Shown here: one piece after another, positions 23,124 to 34,419 of the stretch
How positions within the stretch are numbered: the stretch's first letter is position 1
Layout: each line of letters starts with the position of its first letter
DNA from: Octopus sinensis
Taxonomy: Eukaryota
Length of the DNA: 64,000 nucleotides
Direction of reading: 5' to 3'
Assembly (NCBI RefSeq): GCF_006345805.1
Contig: NC_043002.1
Span: 21,576,001-21,640,000 of the forward strand
Notes under the pieces: model-generated
Databases searched by the model: none
Told to the model about the DNA's origin: nothing
The model's input: the letters and a program-made list of their open reading frames with translations, nothing else
Translations under genes and position numbers: made by a program

Positions 23124-23425
23124 GTATATATGTGTATATATATAGGTTATATGTGTATATATAGGTATATATGTGTATATATATAGGTTTATATGTGTAT
23201 ATATAGGTATATATGTGTATATATAGGTATATATGTGTATATATATAGGTTTATATGTGTATATATAGGTATATATGTGTATATATATAGGTATATATGT
23301 GTATATATATAGGTATATATGTGTATATATATAGGTATATATGTGTATATATATAGATTTATATGTATATATATATAGATTTATATGTGTATATATGTAG
23401 GTTTATATGTGTATATTATATAGGT
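22066..23425. repeat. Long compound (TA)n / (TATATAGGTATATATGTG)n microsatellite
   Basis: Direct reading. Confidence 0.95.
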
Positions 23426-23430
23426 AATCA

Positions 23431-23930
23431 TATCATCATCATCATCATCGTTTAAAGTCCGTTGTTCCGCGCTAGCACGGGTTGGACGGTTTCGACGGGG
23501 TCTGGGGAGCTAGGGACTGCCCCAGGCTCCAGTACTAGTGGCAGAGTTTCTACGGCTGGATGCCCTTCCTAACGCCAACCACTCCGCGAGTGTAGTGGGT
23601 GTTTTTACGTGCAACCTGCACAGGTGCCAGAGGGGTCTGGCATCGGCCACGTTCGGATGGGTGCTTTTTTTATGTGGGGGGGGGGGGCAGAAATATAGGG
23701 GAGCACCAGTGGGGAGGGGTGGTGGTTCAGAGAAATGATGACAGGTTCTAGGCAAGTAGAACGTAGGATATCAAGAGAGGGGGTAATGCATGGTGAAATA
23801 GCGTATTGAAGAGGGGGGTTCGAAGAGTAGACACCTATTATGGTGGGGGGAGAAGCGACATCCGGTATGGATGGAGCAAAAATATAGAGATATCCGGTAT
23901 TGGTGGTGGGGGGTGGCAGGGCGGGTGCAC
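23431..23930 (-). mobile_element. Divergent RTE 3' UTR subfamily followed by a G-rich segment
   Basis: CATCATCGTTTAAAGTCCGTTGTTCCGCGCTAGCACGGGTTGGACG variant tail; G-runs 23686-23925. Confidence 0.8.
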
Positions 23931-24785
23931 CGCGAATACACGATGGTTGATGAATACACGAGAGGCGAGATGGGTAATGGATAAATTAGTTAAAATAATT
24001 AGATAGATATAGAAATTAGTTAAAAATAGTTAGATAGATAAGAAAGCATGTATGATTGATGGGGAAGTGAAATAAATAAATAAGCATTCAACTTATCTGC
24101 TAGATGACTGAATGGATGAAAGAGCAGAAGTTTGGGGCTGCGTTTTTTTTAAGTAAAGATTGCGGAGGAAGAAGAAGAAGGCGCGAATACACGATGGTTG
24201 ATGAATACACGAGAGGCGAGATGGGTAATGGATAAATTAGTTAAAATAATTAGATAGATATAGAAATTAGTTAAAAATAGTTAGATAGATAAGAAAGATG
24301 TATGATTGATGGGGAAGTGAAATAAATAAATAAGCATTCAACTTATCTGCTAGATGACTGAATGGATGAAAATGAAAGAGCAGAAGTTTGGGGCTGCGTT
24401 TTTTTTAAGTAAAGATTGTCCGAGGAAGAGGAAGAAGGAAGAAGAAGGCGCGATTACACGATGGGTGATGAATACACGAGAGGCGAGATGGGTAATGGAT
24501 AAATTAGTTAAAATAATTAGATAGATATAGAAATTAGTTAAAAATAGTTAGATAGATAAGAAGCATGTAATGATTGATGGGGAAGTGAAATAAATAAATA
24601 AGCATTCAACTTATCTGCTAGATGACTGAATGGATGAAAGAGCAGAAGTTTGGGGCTGCGTTTTTTTTAAGTAAAGATTGTCCGAGGGAAGAAGAAGGCG
24701 CGAATACACGATGGTTGATGAATACACGATAGGCGAGATGGGTAATGGATAAATTAGTTAAAATAATTAGATAGATATAGAAATA
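23931..24785. repeat. About 255-bp tandem repeat, 3 full units plus a partial
   Basis: CGCGA(A/T)TACACGATGG at 23931, 24182, 24449, 24699. Confidence 0.95.
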
Positions 24786-25053
24786 TAATATATAATATAT
24801 ATATATATATCGGTTATAATGTGTATATATATATAGGTTTATATGTGTATATATATATATAGGTATATATGTGTATATAATATAGGTTATATGTTGTATT
24901 ATATATAGGTATATATGTGTATATATATAGGTTTATATGTGTATATATATATAGGTATATATGTGTATATATATATATAGGTATATATGTGTATATATAT
25001 ATAGGTATATATGTGTATATATATATAGGTATATATGTGTATATATATAGGTA

Positions 25054-25091
<38 letters not shown>

Positions 25092-25210
25092 TATGTATGT
25101 ATGTATATATGCATGTATGTATGTATGTATATATGCATGTATGTATGTATGTATATATGCATGTATGTATGTATGTATGTATATATGCATGTATATATGC
25201 ATGTATATAT
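24786..25210. repeat. Compound TA/TATG microsatellite
   Basis: Same TATATAGGT(A/T)TATATGTG unit as left of 23431. Confidence 0.9.
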
Positions 25211-25211
25211 T

Positions 25212-25425
25212 GCCAGCCCCGCCTGTCACCTGTGCAGGTGGCATGTAAAAAGCACCCACTACACTCACGGAGTGGTTGGCGTTAGGAAGGCATCCAGCTG
25301 TAGAAACATTGCCAAATTAGACTGGAGCCTGGTGCAGCCTTCTGGTCCCAGACCCGGTCGAACCGTCCAACCCATGCTAGCATGGAGAACGGACGTTAAA
25401 CGACGATGATGATGATGATGATGAT
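25212..25425 (+). mobile_element. RTE 3' UTR fragment
   Basis: GTAAAAAGCACCCACTACACTCACGGAGTGGTTGGCGTTAGGAAGG...CGGACGTTAAACGACGATGATG. Confidence 0.9.
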
Positions 25426-25643
25426 GCATGTATATATGCATATATATATTTGTATATATGCATGTATATATGCATATATGTATATATGCATATATATATA
25501 TATTATATGCATATATATATATATATATATATAATATATATGCTATATATATATATATATATAATATATGCATACATACATGCACAATATACATATGTAT
25601 ATATGCATATATATGTGTATATATGCATATATATGTGTATATA

Positions 25644-25782
25644 TCATCATTATCATTTAACATCAGTTTTCCATGCTAGCAAGGGTTAACCGGTTTGACT
25701 GGGGTCTGGGAAGCCAGGACGCTGCACCAGACTCTAGTCTCATCTGGCAGTGTTTTACAGCTGGATTGCCTTCCTAACGCCA
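25644..25782 (-). mobile_element. RTE 3' UTR fragment, inverted relative to 25212
   Basis: CATTTAACATCAGTTTTCCATGCTAGC...GCCTTCCTAACGCC. Confidence 0.85.
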
Positions 25783-25891
25783 TATGTATATATGTTTGTA
25801 TATATGTATATATGTATGTTTATATGTGTATATATATATATGTATATATATGTAAATATGTTTATATATTGCTTAATCATTTTCGCACACC

Positions 25892-25939
25892 GTCTCCGGT
25901 GAAGGGATATATGGAATATCCCAGAAAAAGCTGTAAGAC
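25892..25939 (+). ncRNA. Decayed type I hammerhead motif
   Basis: GUCU CCGGUGA A GGGAUAU-augga-AUAUCCC A GAAA AAGCUGU A AGAC; stems I and II intact, core has two transitions. Confidence 0.55.
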
Positions 25940-26494
25940 CTCTTTATAAATATTGTGAAATTTTTCAAGCCTCGGATTTTTATCTCATTCTGTTAATTGT
26001 AAATATATATATATGATATATATATAATATATATATATATAATATTATATATAGGTATGTATATATAATATATATATAGGTATGTATATATACATAGATA
26101 TATAGGGATGTATATATACATATATATATAGGTATGTATATATACATATAGGTATGTATATATAATATATATATAGGTATGTTAATATACATATATATAT
26201 AGGTATGTATATATACATTATATATATAGGTATGTATATATACATATAGGTATGTATATATACATATATATATAGGATGTATATATACATATATATATGT
26301 ATATATACATATATATATAGGTACGTATATATGTATATATACATATATAGATATATATATATAATATATATATATATTATAGGTATTATATATATTATAT
26401 ATATGTTTATAATATGTAGATGTATGTGTGTGTGTATATATATATATATAATGTTTATATATATGTAGATGTATGTATATATATATATGTGTAC

Positions 26495-26777
26495 ATAATT
26501 TAGAGAAAAACCACTATTAAGCAATTCAATAAAGAAAGATATTATTCACACCATATAGAAAACATATACTATAAAAAAAACCTTATTTTAAAATTCAATA
26601 AAGTAAAATAAATAGTGAATAGTAGTAAATAGACTTTTTACTACTTCTACTATTTACTATTTATTGTACTTTATTGAATTTTAAAATAAGTTTTTTTTTA
26701 TAGTATATATTTTCTATATGATGTGAATATTATATTTCTTTATTGAATTGTCTAATAGTGGTTTTTCTCTAAATTAT
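26495..26777. repeat. Foldback palindrome, arms about 131 bp, spacer about 21 bp
   Basis: ATAATTTAGAGAAAAACCACTATT... versus ...AATAGTGGTTTTTCTCTAAATTAT; set in (TA)n. Confidence 0.9.
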
Positions 26778-27031
26778 ATACATATATTATATATTTTGAA
26801 ATTTGATTTAAAATTGTTAGATTGAATGTTTACCTGTAAGTTTTGGAATTATATTCCCTACTATTATTTATATATATATATATATGTGTGTGTGTTTATA
26901 TATGTGTGTGTATATATATGTGTATGTGTGTGTATATATATGTGTATATATATGTGTGTGTATATATATATGTGTACATATATATATGTGTATATATATA
27001 TGTGTACATATATATATGTATTTACATGTGT

Positions 27032-27497
27032 ATCATCATCATCGTTTAACGTCCGTTTTCCATGCTAGCATGGGTTGGACGGTTCAACTGGGGTCTGGGA
27101 AGCCAGTAGGCTGCACCAGGCTCAGTCAGATCTGGCAGTGTTTCTACAGCTGGATGCCCTTCCTAACACCAACCATTCCGCGAGTGTAGTGGGTGCTTTT
27201 TACATGCCACCAGCACGGGGGCCAGACGAGGCTGGCAACAGCCACAATCGGATGGTGCTACTTACGTGCCACCGGCACGGAGGCCAGTCGGGGCGGCGCT
27301 GGCAACGGCCACGATCGGATGGTGCTTTTTATGTGCCACCGGCACAGGGGCCAGACGAGGCTGGCAACGGCCACAATCGGATGGTGCTTTTTCCATGCCA
27401 CCGGCACAGAGGCCAGACGAGGCTGGCAACGGCCACAATTGGATGGTTCTCTTACGTGCCACTGGCATCACAGCTACAATTTCCATTGATGTTGATT
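27032..27497 (-). mobile_element. RTE 3' UTR fragment with about 5 hairpin units
   Basis: Tail and repeat motifs as at 20738. Confidence 0.9.
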
Positions 27498-27855
27498 AGT
27501 GTGTAAATCTTAGAGGGAAATATCTTGAATAAAATCATAATTAACTGATCCTCCTGTATTTTCTTTCACTCAAAGCCAAGAATTTTTCAGAATCCCCATT
27601 AGTGTTTTTATAAGTATGTCTTAATATGTGTTGCATGCTTATATCTATGCGTGTATGTATACGTATACATATGTATATGCATGCTTATGTGTGTGTTTAG
27701 TATGTAACTATTGTTAGCATATGTGTATACATGTGTATGTGTGTGCCTGAGTGTGTATGTGTTTAGATATGCAGATGTGTAAGTGAGCGGATATAAGAAA
27801 AACCTAGTAAGTAGGTTTTTCTTATATCTTATAAGTGTATATATATGTATATATG

Positions 27856-27886
<31 letters not shown>

Positions 27887-27887
27887 G

Positions 27888-28520
27888 ACGAGGTGGTGAA
27901 GCACGACCTTCGAACTTTAGGTCTCACCAAGGAAATGACTAGAGACCGAGACCTATGGAAGTATGCTGTGCGTGAGAAGACTCGGCAAGACTAGTGAGAC
28001 CATAACCCGTGGCCTCTACCTGGTATGTAGCCAGTCGACTTATACATACCTTTCCTTCTTGGGACACAAAACTCCACTTGTGAAGACCCGTTGAGGCAAG
28101 TGATGAACATCAATGGAAATTGCTGCTGTGATACCAGTGCCGGTGACAAGTAAGCGAACTATCCGATTGTGGCCGTTGCCAGCGCCACCCCGACTGGCCT
28201 CCGTGCCGGTGGCACGTAAAAAGCACCATCCATTCGTGGCCGTTGCCAGCCTTGCCTGGCCCCTGTGCCGGTGGTATGTAAAAAGCACCATCCGATCGTG
28301 GCCATTGCCAGCCTTGCCTGGCCCCCGTGCCGGTGGCACGTAAAAAGCACCGTCCGTCCGTGCCCGTTTGCCAGCTCCGTCTGGCACCTGTGCGGGTGGC
28401 ACGTAAAAAGCACCCACTACACTCACGGAGTGGGTGGCATTAGGAAGGGCATCCAGCCGTAGAAACACTGCCAGATCAGACTGGCCTGATGCAGCCTTTG
28501 GGCTTCCCAGACCCAGTTGA
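27888..28520 (+). mobile_element. RTE fragment: ORF2 C-terminal end plus 3' UTR, lacking the final tail
   Basis: EVVKHDLRTLGLTKEMTRDRDLWKYAVREKTRQD* then UTR with about 5 units. Confidence 0.9.
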
Positions 28521-28544
28521 TATATACATATATATATTATATAT

Positions 28545-28588
<44 letters not shown>

Positions 28589-28748
28589 TTGATAGATTGA
28601 TAGATAGATAGATAGATATAGATATATATATATAGAAGATAGATAGATATATATATATATATATATATATATAGATAGATAGATATAGATAGATAGATAG
28701 ATATATATATATATAGATAGATAGATATATATATATATATAGATAGAT

Positions 28749-28779
<31 letters not shown>

Positions 28780-28916
28780 TATATATATAGATAGATAGAT
28801 ATATATATAGATAGATAGATAGATATATATATAGATAGATAGATATATAGATAGATAGATATATATATATATATATAGATAGATAGATAGATATATACAC
28901 ACACATAGATATATAG
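28521..28916. repeat. (TA)n/(GATA)n microsatellite
   Basis: Direct reading. Confidence 0.95.
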
Positions 28917-30236
28917 ATCAGGTAGATGGCCCTGCTCGATCTGTAGAAAAGGTGTAGGTAGAAACTCTATAAGATGCACCAAGTGTAAGCTATGGACACA
29001 TAAGAGATGCAGCAATGTCAAAGGAAGGCTAACTAGGAAGATGGTTTTTGTAAGTGGCAGATGCTCAGGAACAATAAACACTGAAAATGCTCTGAGACCA
29101 ACTTCCGTCACTTTCCAGGGAGAAAAATAGAAATAGTTGATAGTTTCCGTTACCTAGGTGACCAAGTCAGCAGCGGGGGCGGGTGTGCTGAAAGTGTAAC
29201 TGCTAGAGTAAGAATAGCTTGGGCAAAGTTCAGAGAGCTCTTACCTCTGCTGGTGACAAAAGGCCTCTCGCACAGAGTGAAAGGCAGACTGTATGATGCG
29301 TGTGTACGAACAGCCATGCTACATGGCAGTGAAACATGGGCCGTTGACTGCTGAGGATATGCGTAAGCTCGCTAGAAATGAAGCCAGTATGCTCCGATGG
29401 ATGTGTAATGCGGTACTCACACTCGGCAGAGTGTAAGTACCTTGAGAGAAAGCTGGACCTAAGAAGCATCAGTTGTGGTGTGCAGAGAGACGTTTGCGCT
29501 GGTATGGTCATGTGGCGAGAATGGATGAAGATAGTTGTGTGAAAAAGTGCCACACCCTAGCGGTTGAGGGACCTGTGGAAGAGGCAGACCCAGGAAAACC
29601 TGGGACGAGGTGGTGAAGCACGACCTTCGAACTTTAGGTCTCACTGAGGAAATGACTAGAGACCGAGACCTCTGGAAGTGTGCTGTGCGCGAGAAGACCT
29701 GGCAGGACAAGTGAGTCCATAACCCGTGGCCTTCACATGGGATGGAGCCAGCCTACGTATGCATACCTTCCCTTCTTGGGACACAAAACTCTACTTGTGA
29801 AGACGTGATGAGGCAAGTGAGGATCAGAATCGAAATCGATCAATGGAAATTGCGGATGTGCTACCAGTGCCGGTGGCATGTCAAAACTCTGCTTGTGAAG
29901 ACCCGTTGAGGCAAGTGAGGATCAGAATCGAAATCGATCAATGGAAATCGATCAATGGAAATTGCAGATGTGTTACCAGTGCCGGTGGCACATAAAAAGC
30001 ACCATCCGTTCGTGGCCGTTTGCCAGCTCTGTCTGGCACCAGTGCGGGTGGCACGTAAAAAGCACCCACTACACTCACGGAGTGGTTGGCGTTAGGAAGG
30101 GCATCCAGCCGTAGAAACACTGCCAGATTTGACTGGGCCTGATGAAGCCTTCTGGCTTCACAGACCCCAGTAGAACCGTCCAACCCATGCTAGCATGAAA
30201 ACGGACGCTAAACGATGATGATGATGATGATGATAG
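28917..30236 (+). mobile_element. 5'-truncated RTE LINE with Cys-rich finger, RT thumb, C-terminus and 3' UTR
   Basis: [53 protein letters not shown]; tail CGGACGCTAAACGATGATG. Confidence 0.93.
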
Positions 30237-30336
30237 ATATATATATTAGATAGATATATATATTATATATATATAGATCTATATATAATAGATATATATT
30301 AGATATATTATATATATATAATATAGATAGATATAT

Positions 30337-30401
<65 letters not shown>

Positions 30402-31280
30402 TATATATATATATATATATTATATAGAGATATATATTTAGATAATATAGTATAATATATATATATATATATATTAGATATATATATTTATATATATTAG
30501 ATATATATATATGTATATAATATATATATAGATTATATATTTATATATATAGATATATATATATTTATATATATATATATAGATATATATATATTTATAT
30601 ATAATATAGATATATATATTTATATATATATATATAGATATATATTATTTATATATATATATATAGATATATATATATTTAGTATATAATATATATTTAT
30701 ATATATATATAGATATTATATTATATATAGATAGATATATAGAGATATATATATATGATATTATATATAGATATATATATATATATAATAGATATATATA
30801 TAGATAGATATATTATATAGAGATATATATATATATTAACATATAGAATATATAGATATACATAGATATATATATAGATATATACATAGATATATATATA
30901 GATATATACATAGATATATATATATATATATAGATATATACATATATATATATAGATATATATAGATATATATATAGATATATATATAGATATATATATA
31001 TAGATATATTATATAGAATATATAGAGATATATATAGATATGATATATATAGAGATATATATATAGATATATATAGATATATATATAGATATATATAGAT
31101 ATATATATAGATATATATATATAGATATATATATATAGATATATATATAGATATATATATATAGATATATATATAGATATATATATAGATATATATATAA
31201 TTATATATATAGATATATATATAGATATATATATAGATATATATTAATATATATATAGATATATAATATATATTATATAT

Positions 31281-31342
<62 letters not shown>

Positions 31343-31854
31343 TATATATATATATTTATATATATCTATATATATATCTATATATATATCTATATATATA
31401 TCTATATAATATCTATATATATATATATATATATATCTATATATATATAATATAATATATATCTATATATATATCTATATATATCTATATATATAGATCT
31501 ATATATATCTATATATATCTATATATAATATATCTATATATATCTATATATATACTATATATATCTATATATATATCTATATATATATCTATATATATCT
31601 ATATATATATATCTATATATATCTATATATATATATATAATATATATATATTAATATATATCTATATATATATATAGATATAGATATATATATATGATAT
31701 AGATATATATAGATAATATATATATATATATATATAGATATAGATATATATATAGATATATATAGATATATATATAGATATATATATATAGATATATATA
31801 TAGATATATACATAATTTTTATTTGCTGCCGATAAATTTATATAATATAGATAT

Positions 31855-31887
<33 letters not shown>

Positions 31888-32010
31888 TATATATAGATAT
31901 ATATATATATATATATATAGATATAGATATATATATAGATATATATATATATAGATTATATAGATAGATATATATATATAGATATATATATAGATATATA
32001 TATAGATATA
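30237..32010. repeat. About 1.8 kb (TA)n/(TATAGA)n microsatellite, with an orientation switch near 31300
   Basis: TATAGA units left, TCTATA units at 31365-31630, TATAGA again right. Confidence 0.95.
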
Positions 32011-32460
32011 TACATAATTTTTATTTGCTGCCGATAAATTTGGCGCGAGTGCGACGATTTGAAAATTTTAGGTCAGATATTGCCTTGGCAGGAGTCGGAA
32101 ATGCCTCGTGAAAATACCTGTTCCGACTTGGCTATTTCTTGCTGAAGAATCTGAGGGCCTATGGAAGATTGGCTTGATTTAATTTAATCAGGTTAGTTAC
32201 CATTAAACAGCAGACGAAACGGTGCATCGTACAAGAAATTACAGGGTAAATGTTTTTTTAAATTTTCTCCTGTTTACGGAATTGATCTTTATTTGCGGTT
32301 GAAGCTTGGCTGTTATTTCTAGTGGGTGAATGGCCTATTATGGCCGTTCCTTGATTGTTGATGTTGAACTTAAAAATGGTCTACGACTATTTAATTTTTC
32401 CCACTAGGCCGTGGTGGCAAAAAGAATTCTACAAAATTTTTTCACACCCTATATTGATAA
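32011..32460. other. Unclassified unique island inside microsatellite
   Basis: First 31 bp duplicated at 31809-31839; internal AGTCGGAA/TTCCGACT stem. Confidence 0.4.
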
Positions 32461-32806
32461 TAAATATATAGATATATAATATAGATATATATATATAGAT
32501 ATATATATATATAGATATATATATAGATATATATATAGATATATATAAGATATATACATATATATATATATAGATATATATATAGATATATACATATATA
32601 TATATATAGATATATATATAGATATATATATAGATATATACATATTATATATATAGATTATATATAGATATATACATATATATATATATAGATATATATA
32701 TAGATATATACATATATATATATATAGATATATATATAGATATATACATTATATATAGATATATATATAGATATATACATATATATATATATAGATATAT
32801 ATATAG

Positions 32807-32837
<31 letters not shown>

Positions 32838-33156
32838 GATTAACTGTTGAAGTTGGATGGATGTCTATTTGTTTCTCTCCCAAGTCAGTAGCAAGCTACA
32901 CAGCTTCAAAACTAACTGACCTTAAATATATATATATTTGTAACCACGTGTTTGCCTACAAACCCGTAAGTACGTTTTCATTTAACTACAAATTGTTATA
33001 TACACCTGTTTTTCTTTTAATATCCTCAAACAACCAAATAATCAAAAACTCACACCCTAAGAGAGAACATTTAATATTATACACTTCTTTAACTCCCAAG
33101 AAAGAATATATATATTTTCAAAAATCAAAAGGAAAACAAACAAAAGAAAAGCAAAC

Positions 33157-34400
33157 ATGACTAACTTGCAGGCCTGCAACAGACGAAATTGGTCTGATAA
33201 CGAAATGATGTTTTAATAAAACACATGGCTCTCTCTTTCCCAAACAGAAATCTAAATGTCTTGTGTTTGAATGAGATTGCCGAAAAAAACATCACAAGTG
33301 GTCAACACACGATCCGTCAAACAGATTCGTAGCAAGCTGAAACATATCGAAGTATCTTTCAAACTGATAAGAGGCCATTATGAAAAGCTTCTACATATTT
33401 CACAGTTCAAGAACAACAACAGCTAAAATCAGCAGCCACAACAACAACAACAACAGAATGAGCCACTTCTGGTTCCCAGCACAATGGCTGACCCTAACAT
33501 CGGTCAACACAACAACAACACCACAGCAACAAGAACAACAACAGCCACTCCTCAACTCTAGCTTACTAGATGATTCACTAAATGCCAGTATCTTTTCACC
33601 GCTCTCACAGCAACCACCACAATTATCATCATCATCATCACCACCGCTGCCACCATCGTCTTCTATCACCAAAAATACCAACAGAAAACCAAATAAGAAA
33701 CCACTGCCCTCTTCCCCCACATCACCACCGCAATACTACTGCAGTAACAAAAACTTAAAGAAACATAGGAAGCAGAATGCGCCCCCCACGGCACAAACAA
33801 GAAATCCCAAATATGCCGCTATTCACTGCGCCAGAGACTCTGCACAAATAGTGACTGCATCTTCACGCATCTACCCGGCACTAGACGCACTACCGGCCAA
33901 GGCCAAAGCACGCATCCCACAATAACATCAACACCACCAAATAGTAAATCGAAATTCAAAACACACACAACTCGGAGTCCCAAATCTGCCGGTATTCCCA
34001 ACGTGAGAGAACATGTCTACTGAATGACTGTCCCTTCACTCATCTTCCAGGGACCCGACGCACAAACAGAAACGGGGCCTCAAGCCAACACACAAACCTG
34101 AATAACAAAAAATAGAAACACACCATGCTGCAGTAATGCTGGTCCAGTCTTTTCAGGAAGACACAAAAAACAACAACAACAAAAGTGGAAACTACAAACC
34201 TATCCAACAGTGCAACCACACCTCCAGCCAAAAACTGCTCCCTAAGCAGGAAAATTCTTTTTTAGCCATGTTGAACATGGCAAAAGAGATACACAAAAAC
34301 ATTCTAGCCATCACTCAACACCATCCTATGCTATTACCCCAGTGCACCAATTCCCCACATTGCTGCCACTAACACACACAAAAAATCCAAGCCCCCTGCA
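33157..34400 (+). CDS. LINE ORF1 (frameshifted in this assembly): N-terminal Myb/SANT-like segment and CCCH zinc finger
   Basis: Stitched frames give RRNWSDNEMMFLIKH...EIAEKTSQVVNTRSVKQIRSKLKHI and CRYSLRQRLCTNSDCIFTH (C-x8-C-x4-C-x3-H); 3' end approximate. Confidence 0.6.
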
Positions 34401-34419
34401 ACAGTCAAAACCAGCCACT

